DNA of 64,000 nucleotides. Origin: Octopus sinensis (lineage: Eukaryota). The notes below the pieces were generated by a model that was given only the letters and a program-made list of their open reading frames with translations, made no database searches and was not told the origin of the DNA. Location of the stretch: the NCBI RefSeq assembly GCF_006345805.1, contig NW_021833029.1:25535-89534 (forward strand), written 5' to 3'. Positions within the stretch are counted from its first letter, which is position 1. Each line of letters begins with the position of its first letter. Positions 12,642-27,381 of the stretch are shown here, piece by piece. The position numbers and the translations under genes were made by a program.

Positions 12642-12763
12642 GATGACGATAGTGTTGATGGTGGTGATTGGCACGTTATTTTTCTTTACTGTTTTTGCTC
12701 TTGTTTATTATTAATATTTATTTATATTCTCACTCTTCATGTTTCCATATCTCACTCTCCCTA

Positions 12764-12764
12764 G

Positions 12765-12836
<72 letters not shown>

Positions 12837-12853
12837 GTTATTATTATTATTAT
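12764..12853. repeat. (TAT)n microsatellite
   Basis: Direct observation. Confidence 0.95.
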
Positions 12854-13251
12854 TAAGGTGGCGGGCTGGCAGAATCGTTAGCACGCCGGGCAAAATGCTT
12901 AGCAGCATTTCATCCGTCTCTATGTTCTGAGTTCAAATTCCAGCGATGTCAACTTTGCCTTTCATTCTTTCGGGGTTGAACATTGGGGTCGATAAAATCG
13001 ACTTAATCCGTTTGTCTGTTCTTGTTTGTCCTCTCTGTGTTTAGCTCCTTGTGGGTAGTAAAGAAATAGGTATTTCGTTCGTCTGTCTTTACGTTCTGAG
13101 TTCGAATTCTGCCGAGGTCGACTTTGCCTTCCATCTTTTCGGGGTCGATAAATTAAGTACCAGTTATGCACTTGGGTCGATGTAATCGACTTAATGCCTT
13201 TGTCTGTCCCCTCTATGTTTAGCTCCTTGTGGGCAATAAAGAAATAAGAAA
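12853..13251 (+). mobile_element. SINE family 2 dimer
   Basis: Two bodies, each with tail a; junction GAAATAGGTATTTCG as at 8386-8400. Confidence 0.85.
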
Positions 13252-13329
13252 GTGTAAGTTGCAAAGCTGAAACGTAATGAACTGCCCAAAATGAGAGACG
13301 AAGAAGATAAGAAACACGAACTCCACGAG

Positions 13330-14130
13330 CCTTAAATGTGTGGCATGAGTGCGACCGTAGAGTAGCGTCTACGATTGATACACGTTCTCACATAAGAGGG
13401 GAAAATGAGGCATTTACTTCAGTGTAAACTTCTTTGCTGTTAAGGTGATGGTTGTGGGGAACAGTGACAGGGAACGGCAGATCTTTATGCGAGTTGGATG
13501 GACAGTCCATACCTTTGTAAAACAACGGTCGTAAAATGAGGGAGGTGGGATATCGGTAGACACAGAAGTGTGAAGAAAATTGATAGAAACATTGGAGATG
13601 GTGCCGGTGAATTCCAGTGCAGGGTGGTAATTATTGATGAATGGTGGGAAAACTGAGAGTTGGGTCTCAGGTTAGTAATTTGGCTCTGATATATTAATTG
13701 ATGTAACGGTTGTATAGATCAAAGGTCAGCCCAGTAAAAGAGTTTCAAAAAATTTGGGATTCAACGTGGCCAACGAACGTAGCGTGTTTGAGGCCCAACT
13801 TAGTGCCCATAGCTACTTCAATGGAATTTTTATAGAAATCATCAGAGAAGAAGCAAGTTAGGATGAGTTCACTGACGTGAACAAACGTTGATGTGTTTGC
13901 TTCAACAGTGGTGCCGCAATGAAAGATATAATTGAAGATTGAAACGGCACCGCCATGAAGGATGATAGTGTACAGGGTTTTTACGTGTTATGTGAAAAGG
14001 AGTTTAGAAGAACAGAAAGGGGAAAGAAGGAGTTTGAAGAAGCGTAAGGTATGATTGGTTTCCTTGATAAAAGATGGTAGATGAGCAAGTAAGCATGGAA
14101 TAATTTGCTCTGCGTATCTTGGTATTAGTT
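13330..14130 (-). pseudogene. Penelope-like element reverse transcriptase relic
   Basis: Minus-strand translation gives HVKTLYTIILHG (cf. DVxSLYTxIP), EVAMGTKLG (cf. GxAMGSP) and FINNYHPALEFTGTISNVSINFL, characteristic PLE RT motifs; many stops and frameshifts. Confidence 0.7.
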
Positions 14131-16779
14131 CTTGATGAGACTTTTCTTCCCTTTATATTAGTCAAGTTTTTGTTCCCATGAACTATTTTTTCAGTTCCTC
14201 TCTTTCTTTTTTTTTTTAGATTCTGCTGGATGTCCTTTCATTATAATATTCATTCTGATGACATTTGTGGTGGTGGTGGTGGTGATAGCACTGGTTGTAG
14301 AGGAAGCAGCGGTGGTGTTTAGGAGTAACAATACCCTCCTGGATATGACCCTTGTCTATCATAGATAATTGTCTCTGAAGACTTATTATTGATTTATTCC
14401 TGATGACCAAATGAAGTGAATGACGTTTCAATAAAGTGTTATGTCCAGAAACAAAACAAAAGGTCTTTAATCAATTGAAAGCACAGTCCTTGACACTGTA
14501 CTTTAATTCTTTATCTACTTGACATTTTCGCCTCTACATAAGAATGTTTGCGAATATCGCATTTCCATTGTTTGCTACATAAATGCTGTAATAATAGCCA
14601 TTGCTTGGTATCTGTGTCAACAGTTATTCTAATATCCAGTATCGGCTTAATTTACTTTAGTGACAGATAATTTGTGCAAAATAACATTTCTCAAGAAATT
14701 TATGTATGTTTTTAGATATTTTTGTGTGTGTATTTTGGTATGTTTTCTTTGTCTATTATACTTTCAAATATTTGGTTTTGGCTTTGGTTTATATTTTATT
14801 ATTATCTTTATATTTTATTATTATCTATTTATTTACTTCCTTTTTTTACTCTAAAAATTTGTCGAAGAGATTTCAGTGAGAAGTACTCTCAGAGAAACAA
14901 CTGACCGTATCATCGTCTAACAAGGTTTGTAAATTATCTGTTATTTTACTTACAAAACATGACCTAGAATTAAGGCTAAAGTCATCTTTAAATGGAAATC
15001 ATATCGAAAAGTACAGAAATACGAGAAAAAATACTTTAGAAAAAATACTGAAAATAAAAATGAGGAGATGATTGGTAGTCATGTGAAAAAAAAGCGAACA
15101 GAAAGAAAATAATTTATATATAAAAGCGTGTATAAGTGTGTGTGTGCGTGCGTATGTATATATATGCACACACACACATACACACACATATGTATACATA
15201 TATACACAGACAGATAGGTTGTAGTAGTAGTAGTAGTAGTAGTAGTAGTATAGTAGTAGTAGTAGTAACAAAATGTACTGTGGAGAGAACGATAAATGTC
15301 ATCAACACAAGTAAATAGGGAATATGGCGGTGTCGAATTGTTACAAAGAAGAATTTAGAATTAAAAAAATATTCCTGAAGTAAGTTTGAGTGAAAAATAA
15401 AAAAGAAAATATCTTCTGTAGTGAATTAAGGAAACTGGTTCAACTTTCAGAAGTATAAGCTATACCTACACGAGTTTTTTTTTTATCTTTTTTTTTTCTT
15501 TCCTGGCTCCATAATGAGAACAGAATTGAAAGCACTCGGCAAGCAATTGGTAGAATAAGTGCTTTTCTGTATGCGTGTTTAAGATCTAAAAATAACAATC
15601 AAAGGGGAATAATTGCAATGAGCTCAGTTGATCGAAATTTAAGGTCAATACAGACAATTTAGATGCAAGTTAAGCTGGTGTATGCAGCGTGCATGGTCAT
15701 ATTATGATGAAGCAAAGGACATGTTTTAATTTTATTAGACCTCTTCAAGCGAAGTGTATTCTACACAGTTGGTACAACTAAGAGTGAGTACTAGATACAT
15801 AAATAGAAGGGGTAATAGAGGGGAATATTAAGACAATATAAAATATGTTTGAAGGGAAATATCTTAGAGGAACTTTCTGTATTTTGAATACGAATATGGT
15901 GGACTCTCATATGAGCAACACAAATAATTGAAATAATAAATCGTTATTTATTATTTCTATGGTAAACAACAAGAATCGAAACAATCACTTACATATTTAT
16001 CTTTGATAGATTTATAGAAATTCGAACGCAATATAATGGACACCGGTGTTTCGAAATGAGGCTCATCAGCCAAAAGTACCAGGACTAACAAGAGCCAGTA
16101 GCCTTATATATAATTCTGGAAGATGAGACGCAACATGTCGGATCACCGTCATCCCAGAGAATCCTTTGCATTGATGAATCGAGTGTGTTATGAGCATATA
16201 CAATCCTTGTAAAGGAGAAGCTATTCTCCTTTAATGAACAGAACAGCAATTAGCATATTTGCGTTCAAATCAGCCGGAACGTATAAAAAAGAAATACGGA
16301 AGCCAATGTTTCGATTTTCACTGTTCACCGTGCAAATAGCGATATATTATCGGTTGGTAGATATCAATAAGAAACAGTGAACAGTTTGTGCTCTGAAATT
16401 ATAAACAAACTATCGACTCTTGTTAGACTCTACATCTGTCCGATGAAACTCAACAATTCGAAACACTGTTGACCCAGAATATCTTGCACTAATGAATCGA
16501 ATAAGTTACACACAAAATCGTTGTTAAAGAGAAACTGTTCTGTGACGAACACAACAGCGATTGGCAAATTTTCTTTCGAATCTGTCGGAACATATACAGT
16601 ATGAAAATGCAAGCTGGAAAAATTCGATCAATTGATCAATTTGATCGAATCTCATCAGTTAGTAAACAAAAACAACTATTGCATATAAAGTTTCGACATC
16701 TAGCCGTTGAATTGATTGAGGTCCACTAGATTATCCGTCATCTTCCCAATAATTTTGATTTCCACTTCTCGATCATCTA

Positions 16780-17850
16780 CTGATATGCTTATAAAATCAA
16801 AAAGAACAGGGCAGCAGTGCAATACCCATGAACTTCTGAAACATTTTGTTTCATGATCAGAATTCCGAAGCAGGGAATAAACAACCTGTATCGGTTGTTA
16901 GCTATCAGAGCACTACATCCTTCAAGAGTTCCGTGTTTTGCCAGGAAAGATCCTTGGTGGTAGAGAAATCCCACAATTGGGCCGGTTTGGGCACTCTAGC
17001 TAAGTGCTGCTCGTGGTTAATGAGCGTTTGTGTTTTCTTGCTGTTGAAGGAGACAAGACTGACATATTCTCATTCGAGGATCATTTCGGGTTTCTGTGTT
17101 CATGGAGTCGGTGGGAGCTTGACGAGTGATATCTTGTTTATGAGCGGATGATGCATGGTTGGAGAATTTGAGTAACGAAGCGTAGTGCCATCTGCGTAAG
17201 AATGAATGGTGTTGGTCATGTTGTGGCGTTGCTGGACATGTGGTAGTAAGTTGTTGATGTACAGAAGAAAGAGAAGGCGTAAAAACCGAATCCTAGGGCA
17301 CGTTGGAACTGATAGAAAGAATTTCATAAACACAAATAGAAGGAAGCTACCGATTAAAAAAATAGGGGATGGATAAAGCCCATAGTCTCGATAGGAAATA
17401 CTCATTCTCATGCCAGATGCGTAGAGAAATCTTTAATAGTGTCGAGGACGATATCATTGCTTTTACCAAACACCTCCAAGGCTAGGTCCTATGAGGGGAT
17501 AATGGTGGAGAGTAGGTTACCAGAGGATCTGGTTTTACGAACACTATACTGGTTGGTCGTAAACGAGAGAGTGAGAAATGGAAATAAAATTCAAGATGTT
17601 TGACGATGCTGGTATTAACGGCTGTCTACATTACCTGACAAATGCAAGAAATGAATAGAACGAGATGATCCGCAGGGTCAGATAAGTTACCTTCAATGGG
17701 AATGGAGTTGTGGTGAAAGATGAACGTAGATCTTTGTAAAGAGGGAAAGGCTGACGCATTTGATAAGTTACGGGGTTAGCTCTGGAGCCCAAATTTTCAG
17801 TTTATAGGAATAGACAACATCAGGGCCGCTAATGTAGTTGCTCCGAGGTG
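16780..17850 (-). pseudogene. L2/CR1-group LINE RT relic
   Basis: LLFLLYINNLL...IHSYADGTTL (cf. GVPQGSVLGPLLFLLYINDL...YADD); upstream degenerate N-terminal RT motifs. Confidence 0.7.
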
Positions 17851-18007
17851 ACCGAAGATGTTTTGCACTCATTTAGGAAATAAGCATAGAATATATTGCG
17901 TGCGCGCGAGCGTGTGCGTGTGTGTGTGCGTCCGTATGTGCGTATTTACATATATATATATATATATATATATATACCACATATATATGTATATATATGT
18001 TGGTATG

Positions 18008-18067
<60 letters not shown>

Positions 18068-18069
18068 TA

Positions 18070-18476
18070 GGCGCAGGAGTGGCTGTTTGGTAAGTAGCTT
18101 GCTAACCAACCACATGGTTCCGGGTTCAGTCCCACTGCGTGGCATCTTGGGCAAGTGTCTTCTGCTATAGCCCGGGCCGACCAATGCCTGTGAGTGGATT
18201 TGGTAGACGGAAACTGAAAGAAGCCTGTCGAATATATGTATATATATATAAGTGTGTGTGAATATGTTTGTGTGTCTGTGTTTGTTCCCCTAGCATTGCT
18301 TGACAACCGATGCTGGTGTGTTTACGTCCCTGTCACTTAGCGGTTCGGCAAAAGAAACTGATAGAATAAGTACTGGGCTTACAAAGAATAAGCCCCGGGG
18401 TCGTTTTGCTCGACTAAAGGCGGTGCTCCAGCATGGCCGCAGTCAAATTACTGAAACAAGTAAAAAGAAAAAAAGA
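18070..18476 (+). mobile_element. SINE family 1, full length
   Basis: Complete head, body and tail GGCGGTGCTCCAGCATGGCCGCAGTCAAATTACTGAAACAAGTAAAAAG. Confidence 0.95.
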
Positions 18477-18479
18477 ATA

Positions 18480-18660
18480 TATATTCTCTCCTTTTTTACT
18501 CTCCTTGTTTTTCTCCTTGTTTTTTTCTGTGTCTCTCTCTGTAGAAGAGCGTAGGCTCGAAATGTAAAATACTTTTTCTATTCCTGAGCGTTATACTAAT
18601 ACATCTGTTTGTTTTGTACACCACCTGTCTTCGTCTTTTGTTTTTTTCGTAAACTCTCCC
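18480..18660 (+). mobile_element. Short repeat with degenerate hammerhead-like motif (18535-18570); related to the 9280-9465 repeat
   Basis: CTGTAGA-A-GAGC-GTAG-GCTC-GAAAT-GTA-AAA followed by TTCCTGAGCGT as in the 9361 family. Confidence 0.5.
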
Positions 18661-18679
18661 TTTACATATATATATATAT

Positions 18680-18737
<58 letters not shown>

Positions 18738-19226
18738 GTATGTATGATGTATGTATGTATGATGTATGTATGTATGTATATGCACATACATACACACATA
18801 TGCATACATAAACGCACGCGTGTATATATATCATAGCAGGCACACATGAGGTATGTTTGCTACGCTTAGTTGTTATTTTGAGGTTTTATAATTTTTTTTC
18901 ACTCTGCATATTTACTCATCGGTGAAATTGTAGATTTACAAGTGAAGAAGTAGCAACGAATAAGAAGATGAGGCAGAAGGAAGAGTAACAATTCCGTATT
19001 GTTCAAAAGTAGTCATTACAATACAGAATTCCTTTACACAAAATATAATCTTTCTGACTTTATCAACATGTTGCTTTTAGTTCTTATTCCTTCATTTTTT
19101 AAATATGTTCGTGTGTGTGTGGGGGTGCATTGTACGTGTTGTGTGTATCTATGTACGTGCAAGCGCGCTCGTGAGTGCATGTGTGTGCGTCTATATATAT
19201 GTATATATGCATATATAATATATATA

Positions 19227-19259
<33 letters not shown>

Positions 19260-19294
19260 TTGTATGTATATATACATATATACATACATATATA

Positions 19295-19325
<31 letters not shown>

Positions 19326-19365
19326 ATATATACATGCATACATGCATATATAGAAAGAGAGAAGG

Positions 19366-19430
<65 letters not shown>

Positions 19431-19647
19431 TGATGCATCTGTGTATATGTATGTATGTATGTAAGCATGTGCATATATATATATATATAATATATATATA
19501 TATTCATATATTGAGTGTTTGTTTAATGTGGTTTGATGATAAAGTGGAAGAAAGATTGTGTATATATACAAATACATCTTTATATATATATGTGTGCATG
19601 TATGTGTATGTAAGTATACATATATATATATATACATATATATATAT

Positions 19648-19756
<109 letters not shown>

Positions 19757-19757
19757 T

Positions 19758-19825
<68 letters not shown>

Positions 19826-20334
19826 TGCATGTGTGTGTGTGTATAATACTGAGGTTTTCGATTTAGATATTTTCAACTATGAAAAAAAAAGTGTATTGCA
19901 ATGCAAAATACAAGAAATAAACATGAATAAAATAAAAATAAAAATAACTAAACCTAAATATGAATAATGGATAAAAAGGTTTATAACTAAAACACAATAA
20001 TATTAGAAAGAAATGAAAAAAAATAATGCTTCTGCGTGAAACAGCGACAGGCCGGTGTTCAACCTAAATTGTCCCCTCAAGATATAATTCCTGGAAGAAT
20101 ATTGATTTTAATCTGTGGGCCTACTTCTAGTAATCTTCTTTCAAACCGAGAACTAATTTCGGGTTCATATCAGCAGTTTATGGTATAATTTAGCAATACC
20201 CCCGGGGATAAAGCTGAGACACTGTATCGGCTGCCAACACAGTGGAAAAAAAAAAGAAAAAAGAAAAAAGAAAATGGAGGAGGAGCGAGAGAAAGAGAGA
20301 ACAAAACAGAAAGAAAAGGGATGTAAATTGAAAT

Positions 20335-20403
<69 letters not shown>

Positions 20404-20604
20404 CAGAAATATGGCTACCTTAGAGTATATATTACCAGCTACACCGGAATTTTCTTCACTTTCCTGTATTACTATTATTGATATTTGTTTCATTTCATAT
20501 TTCATATAGCTTATTGTGTTTATATGAAACACATAAAAACTGCATGTGTGTGTGAGTCTGTGAATGTATGCATGTGTGCTTGAGTGTATCCTCTTGCATA
20601 TATA

Positions 20605-20659
<55 letters not shown>

Positions 20660-21439
20660 GTGTGTGTATGTGTATGTATGTTTATGTATGTATATATGCA
20701 CGCATATATATGTACATGTACATATATATTATATATATGTATATATATGCACACGCACGTATACATATGGATATAGTTATTATTCATGAGTGAGGAGATG
20801 TTTGTAACTATGTATGTATGCATGTATGTACGTAAGTGTGCATTTATTTAATTATGTATTACGCACATATTTACGTACGTAAGGACGTGTGTATTTATGT
20901 ATACATACATACACACATATGTATATATATGTATGTATATATGCATGTATGTATATATAACTGAATGTATGAATGCATGTAGGGATGCATATTTGCATGC
21001 ATATACATATAACCCATTAATGGTGTCGGTTGAATTTACTAGCAGAGATTTGGAATAACTATGTATGAACGGGCATGAGATATGCCTAGTATTATTTCTA
21101 ACCTAACGCTGAATATATGCTTGCAAACACAGATCTGGTCATTTCAAAACGATTGCAATATTTATCATTTGTATGTATAATATATAAAAAAAAAGTAATG
21201 GAGGCAAAAAGAGAGAGTAAGGGAGGTAAGAAAAGCTTTCTCTATCAACCATTACACTTCCAAATAGCGTATATCACCAACCGCCAATCAGATAAGATAT
21301 TCTTATTCTAATCTATGTTTGAGTTATACCTGACATGTGCCCATCGATGACAGCACGCCAGCCATACCATATCATAAGAATCGCTTTACTGTTGATGTAG
21401 GAAATGCCATATGAACATACATGCGTACGTACATATGCG

Positions 21440-21472
<33 letters not shown>

Positions 21473-21518
21473 ATGTATATATACACACATGCACATAGGT
21501 ATATATATAGTATATATA

Positions 21519-21572
<54 letters not shown>

Positions 21573-21657
21573 TATATACACATATATGTACAAGTATAAA
21601 TATATGGGTATATCTTTAGATAGATAAGTAGGTAGAAAGAGAGACAGACGGACGGAC

Positions 21658-21752
<95 letters not shown>

Positions 21753-22012
21753 GAAACTTATAGACAGAGGGAGAGCGATATATATATGTATAGAGAGAGT
21801 GAGTGAGTGAGAGAGAAAGAGAGACAGACAGAGAGACCATCTGACAAACAGATAGCTAGCTAGCTAGCTAGATACATACATACATGCATACATACATACA
21901 TACATACATACATACAGACATACATACATACATACATACACACATACATACATACATACATACATACATACATACATACATACATACATACATACATACA
22001 TACATACATACA

Positions 22013-22045
<33 letters not shown>

Positions 22046-22585
22046 GACAGTTGGTTAAAATGCTCTTTTTGCTATCAAGAGTTCAATAAAATACTTGTTC
22101 CTCTGACATGGTATTTCTAAGTGTCTTCTAACATAGCTTCGGGACGGCCCAAGCCTTGTCAAATATAACACGGAGACGGAAACCGTACGGAATCCGGTGC
22201 AATGAAATTGTATCTGTAATGGTACGAGTCAATGACGGTGCCAGCCGCGCTGATTTTGTTCCAGTAGTAAGAGACAAGCATTATATACACACTTTAATTC
22301 AATGTGTAGCTAGTCCGAGTTAGTCGAACAGATGGAGTATACTACAATACTCATCTTTCAAAGTGACGGAGGATTCATATACAGTAATTTTTATGTTTAC
22401 GTCTGTGTGCACATCTCTTATCTATCTCTATCTATCTATCTATCTAATCTTATTATAATATATAATATATATGTGTGTGTGTGTGTGTGTATATATGCAT
22501 CTGTACATTTATACATGTATATATAAATGCTTATATATATAGAGCATACATATACACACGCACACACACTATATATGTATATATA

Positions 22586-22647
<62 letters not shown>

Positions 22648-22842
22648 TATATACATTATACATTTATATACGATATACATAGCTAAATATATGTATATAA
22701 GTGTGTTTGGTTGTGTATATGGGTGTATTATACGTGAGTATATATGAATGAATGTATGTATACACATTCATAAATTCACGTACAAATAAACAAACATGTG
22801 TGTTTTGGTGTTTATAAATGCACACATATATATATATTTTAC

Positions 22843-22893
<51 letters not shown>

Positions 22894-23367
22894 GGGGGAC
22901 ATAACTATAATGATTGGCCAAGATTCACTCACCAAACATGCGCTGACTTTCACAACTTTCCACATTATGTATTAGTGTCTATTTACTCTGCTCTTAGTGA
23001 AGTACTTATGTGATTGGCTGCAAAATTTTTCCGCCATTTTTTTCATGCATAAACTTAAGTATATGTGTTTATGTAACTGTATGTGCATACTCGTGTATGT
23101 TTGCATACATGCATACATACTTACCTATCTATGTATGTATATTACATACGATGTTGATGATATGTGTAAAGTACCATTCTTACTCGAAAGCTGAATATAG
23201 GCTTACGTACATATTTTCCTCTCAATCGATTGCTGTTTTTTTTTTCTTATTTGTATATGTTTTATTGCGTATATCTATGATTATTATGGTTGTTGTTGTT
23301 GTTGTTGTTGTTGTCTAGTTGATTTTTCAGTTCCAGGCAGTTTCTTCTTTTTTTTCCCTGCACTTTG

Positions 23368-23480
23368 CCCAAATTGTTCGAACATAGTGATAGTGGTGGA
23401 GCAGAGACGGTGGACTTTCAGTGCCTACCTCGATGTCTTACCATGTCCTCTTTTGGCAGTAAAGGTATAGTGCTGCAAAA
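23368..23480 (+). pseudogene. Old Tx1-type ORF2 fragment
   Basis: CACTTTGC...TTCAGTGCCTACCT matches the HFARLF...DFSAYL region of the element at 34747-40599. Confidence 0.5.
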
Positions 23481-23799
23481 AATATAATAATGATAATAAC
23501 AATAATGATAATAATAATAATAACAACAACAATGCAGTACCAGGCAGTGGTTCTCGTGGCTTCAGATCATAACTGACTGGAAGTGTTATCATGTATATTG
23601 TTTTATCTTAGCATAAAAGATGGACCACAGCAAATATTCTGCTCAAAACCACAGATTTGCTTGTCAGTTGTTTGATCTTAACCAGTTAAACATGTTCTTT
23701 AGTGGCTGATAATAAATGCATCGCTGATCACGCGTAGAAGTAGTGGGGGAGTATCATAGCCATGTGTTGAGAGGAATTCTTTTGGGACTGATGATGATT

Positions 23800-23962
23800 T
23801 TTACCTAGAACACCTACAAAAATCAGCATTGCTTCGTACTGCTAGAATTCTTCGCAGGATCCTTGAAGCATGACCAGTATACAAGTGTCACTTTAGTCTG
23901 CTGGCTGTGGACAGCTGACACTTTCCATTATACCCAGGAAAATAAGCTGAGAGTTTTTATCA
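23800..23962 (+). mobile_element. 3' end of R4/Dong-type LINE ending in (TAA)n
   Basis: HLQKSALLRTARILRRILEA* (cf. IQKVALLGTANTLCKTL* at 55463), short 3' UTR, then (AAT)n at 23963-24040. Confidence 0.6.
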
Positions 23963-24040
<78 letters not shown>

Positions 24041-24290
24041 TTCATTTACTTGCCACAAGGGCGAATGATGAGGGGGGCAATACAAAGACATAAATTGTGG
24101 GGGTCTACATATAATGAAATGATTTAAAAAATTGAAGGAGACATGTATAGCATACAAAGATTTTTTTTTAAAAAGTGGTGGGGTGAATGATAGAGATGTT
24201 AAATCACTCAGGTTTGTTTTTTGTTTTGTATTTCGGGTGGGTAGAATTTCCGCTGTTTTTTTATTACACCTAGCAACTGTGGAGTAGATA
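24041..24290 (-). mobile_element. Probable 3' UTR fragment of a Tx1-related element
   Basis: Minus-strand end GCC-CTTGT-GGC-AAGTAAATGAA resembles the Tx1 and SINE family 2 tails; abuts (ATT)n. Confidence 0.45.
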
Positions 24291-25660
24291 TATATATATG
24301 ATTATTTATAATATCTCTTTTTCCATTGATGATTGTGCATGCCACACGTAAAACGTTGGAATTTCAAAGTGTGGACCCTCATACGGATATTTAGTTAAAT
24401 TGTTGTACATATAGCTATTAAGTCGTTTTCTGTATATTTAGATGTTTAACAGTCCAAATATTTATTCGTGTGCGTGCGCATACATGAATGTAGTGTGTTT
24501 ATGTGTGTGTATGTGTGGGGGGGGGGGGTTGTGTGTGTGTGCGTGCGTGCGTGTACATATATATATATATCTGTGTATATATATGTATATATATCTGTGT
24601 ATATATCTGCATATGTATGTGTATATATGCATATACATATATGCAAACGAACACCATGCACAAACGCATACACATACACAAGTACAAATACATGCGCATG
24701 CTCAGTCGTAGCCTTGTCGTCAACAGAGTATATTGCGTGCATACATAATAGTTAAGATAATAGCTGTTACTTCTTCATAAGTCATTTCCTGAGTTACTGT
24801 AATTTTCATTGCATTATTTACGATGGCTACCACTAAGAAGTGTCATGTTTTTATAATCTTCCTTCTTTTTCTGGTTTTTCTTCCTCTCGGCGGCTAATTT
24901 GATCTCTTGGAATAACGTATCTTTTGTAGTCCATTACATTATCAATGCCATAGTTGTATACGCATTTTGTTCTACCATTGTTAATTGGGTGCATCTTGCT
25001 CTTATAACTGACCGAATCTCACAAGACTCGAGGCTCTTTTAGCGACATGTTTTACCATTCTTTCACGGTTCTAATTTACTTCTCGCGTACAAAGTCACGA
25101 TCGTCATCCGATCGAACATGGGGAAGGAGACTAAAATTTATCTTTCAGGAATATTTCACTGCGATTTCAGCTCACGGTAATTACCAGCAATTTATTTTAA
25201 GAAGCTCTTCCATGGAAATTTATCGACTTCTTTTCTTCTTTTATAAGCAGTTTGTTGCGTATGATTTAAGTATAGTTTCGTCGTCACATGTGCAGGGATC
25301 TTTCAAAGAGAAGTCAAAATAAATAATATTTGAAAGAATAAAAAATTATTTTCAGCAGAAACTGATTCTATATTCTCAAAAACCTGAATTAAAGATTATT
25401 TATTTCCTAGATGTCTCATATATTTATTTTTACAGAAGCTTAAATGAAAAAAGATGAGAGACTAATCTCCAATATATTACTGCTATATATTTTCTCAACA
25501 TTACTATGATAAAGATCCGTGTCAATTCTGGGAGATATTGAACTGAGATATGCAAGTTCAAGAACATAATTTAATGATAAATGCATTGCCAGCTTTAAGT
25601 AAGTGGTATAGATGTTACAAAACCGGAGCCAGGAGGCTCATACGCGTACAAATAATATAG

Positions 25661-26102
25661 TATTGATTTCAAATTTGGCACAAGGTCAGCAATTTCGGGG
25701 AAGGGTATAAGTCGATTACCTTTATCCCTCCCCCCCAGCACTTAACTGGTACCTATTTTATCGACCCGAAGATATTAAAGGTACAGTCGACCTCAGCATG
25801 ATTTGAACTCAGAACGTAGAGACAGACGAAATGCCGCTAAACATTTTGCTCGCCGTGCTAACGGTTCTTATTTCTTTATTGCCCACAAGGGGCTAAACTT
25901 TGAGGGGACAAACAAGGACAGACAAACGGATTAAGTCGATTACATCGACCACAGTGCGCAACTGGTACTTAATTTATCGACCCCCAAAAGGATGAAAGGC
26001 AAAGTCGACCTCGGCGGAATTTGAACTCAGAACGTAACGGCAGACGAAATGCCGCTAAGCATTTCGCTCGGCGTGCTAACGGTTGTGCCAGCTCGCTGTC
26101 TT
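25661..26102 (-). mobile_element. SINE family 2 dimer (tail a + tail b)
   Basis: Reverse complement of family 2; junction GAAATAAGAACCGTTAGCACG as at 8571-8590. Confidence 0.9.
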
Positions 26103-27014
26103 TACGAATGATATGATATTGCTATACTTCGAAGGGAATGAAGACTCACAGTTTGGTATAGTATCCGGGATCATAAACATCTAAATATGGCTCTGAGTAC
26201 ATTGACACACTCTATTTGTATACTGGGCTCCGGCGATAAATTATGCAAGGTGCACAAAATACTTTAGGTACGGCTCTCGCGGGTCGTCTTAAGAGTCAAG
26301 CTGTGCAGTTTTTTACTTTTGCTTTTCGGAGATTTTTGTATATTTTTCGTTTCTTCTGGCATGAAAATTCCAAAAGGCCAATTAGAAATTCATGCCCCTC
26401 TCTTGACTTGTCTGTCTGTATATATGTATATGTTTGTAGTGAAGGCACATGGCTTAGCAGTTAAGTTATTGCACTCACGATTGTGTGTGTGTATGTGTGT
26501 GTGTAAACATCGGGCTGTATAGACAGTTCAGCCCAATGTTTGTTATCTCTAACAACTATAAATATAAGTGCTATTCACTGATGTTGATTATTTCACAAAG
26601 AGTTCCTTTAAAGCAACAGCCATATTTTAGTATATTTACTTTCTATATGAATAATCCATCATGGAACCAAGCATGGAGCATATTCCTAACATTATTTATA
26701 CCTTAGAAGTTTCGCCTAGATTCTAATAGAAGCGAAGCCGCAAAACATCTTCAAAAGACTTGTGGCCAAGATAGAGCGTGTGAAAGAATTTGCAGAGTGG
26801 TAATTTTAATTCAATTGATGAGACTAAATCAGGGCATTCTTCCGAATTAGATGACGACATGCCTTGAGCGACACTTTAAAGGAATCTTATTATAACAATG
26901 AGAGACCTTTTCGCTGAGTTTAGGGCTAGCATTCTGACCGTTCATAATCATTTGAAGAACATTATTTACATCATTTACATTTGACGGGTATTTGTCCTCA
27001 ACTTGTTTGTTGTT

Positions 27015-27060
27015 AACACAACGTTTCGGCTGATATACCCTCCAGCCTTCAACAGGTGTC
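27015..27060 (-). ncRNA. Hammerhead ribozyme motif, A6U-mutated copy
   Basis: GACAC-CTGTTGA-A-GGCTG-(10 nt)-CAGCC-GAAAC-GTT-GTGTT. Confidence 0.6.
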
Positions 27061-27110
27061 TTGGGGAAATTTCGAACCTAGATTCTCATTCCTAAGGTAT
27101 TTTTCGATGA

Positions 27111-27179
<69 letters not shown>

Positions 27180-27196
27180 CATTATTATTATTATTA

Positions 27197-27262
<66 letters not shown>

Positions 27263-27381
27263 TCACTGCCTGGAATCGAACTCGGAATCTTGCGGCTAGT
27301 AGCCCGCGCTCTTAATCACTAGGCCAAATGCCCGTGGGCGTATAACTTAGGAATGAGAACCCAGGTTCGAAATTTCCCCAA

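Noticed and set aside
16436-16475. CCGATGA...GAAAC motif as a hammerhead
   Set aside because: No stem I or II pairing, and the paralogous copy at 16120 lacks the motif.
24780-25330. Possible decayed DNA transposon or LINE coding relic (similar at 6560-7150, 15300-15900, 51040-51270)
   Set aside because: No motif was clear enough to support a family call.
27258-27336. SINE heads (here and 3850-3899, 5666-5760, 6263-6335) as tRNA genes
   Set aside because: A and B boxes are present, but there is no complete cloverleaf or acceptor stem and they run straight into SINE bodies.
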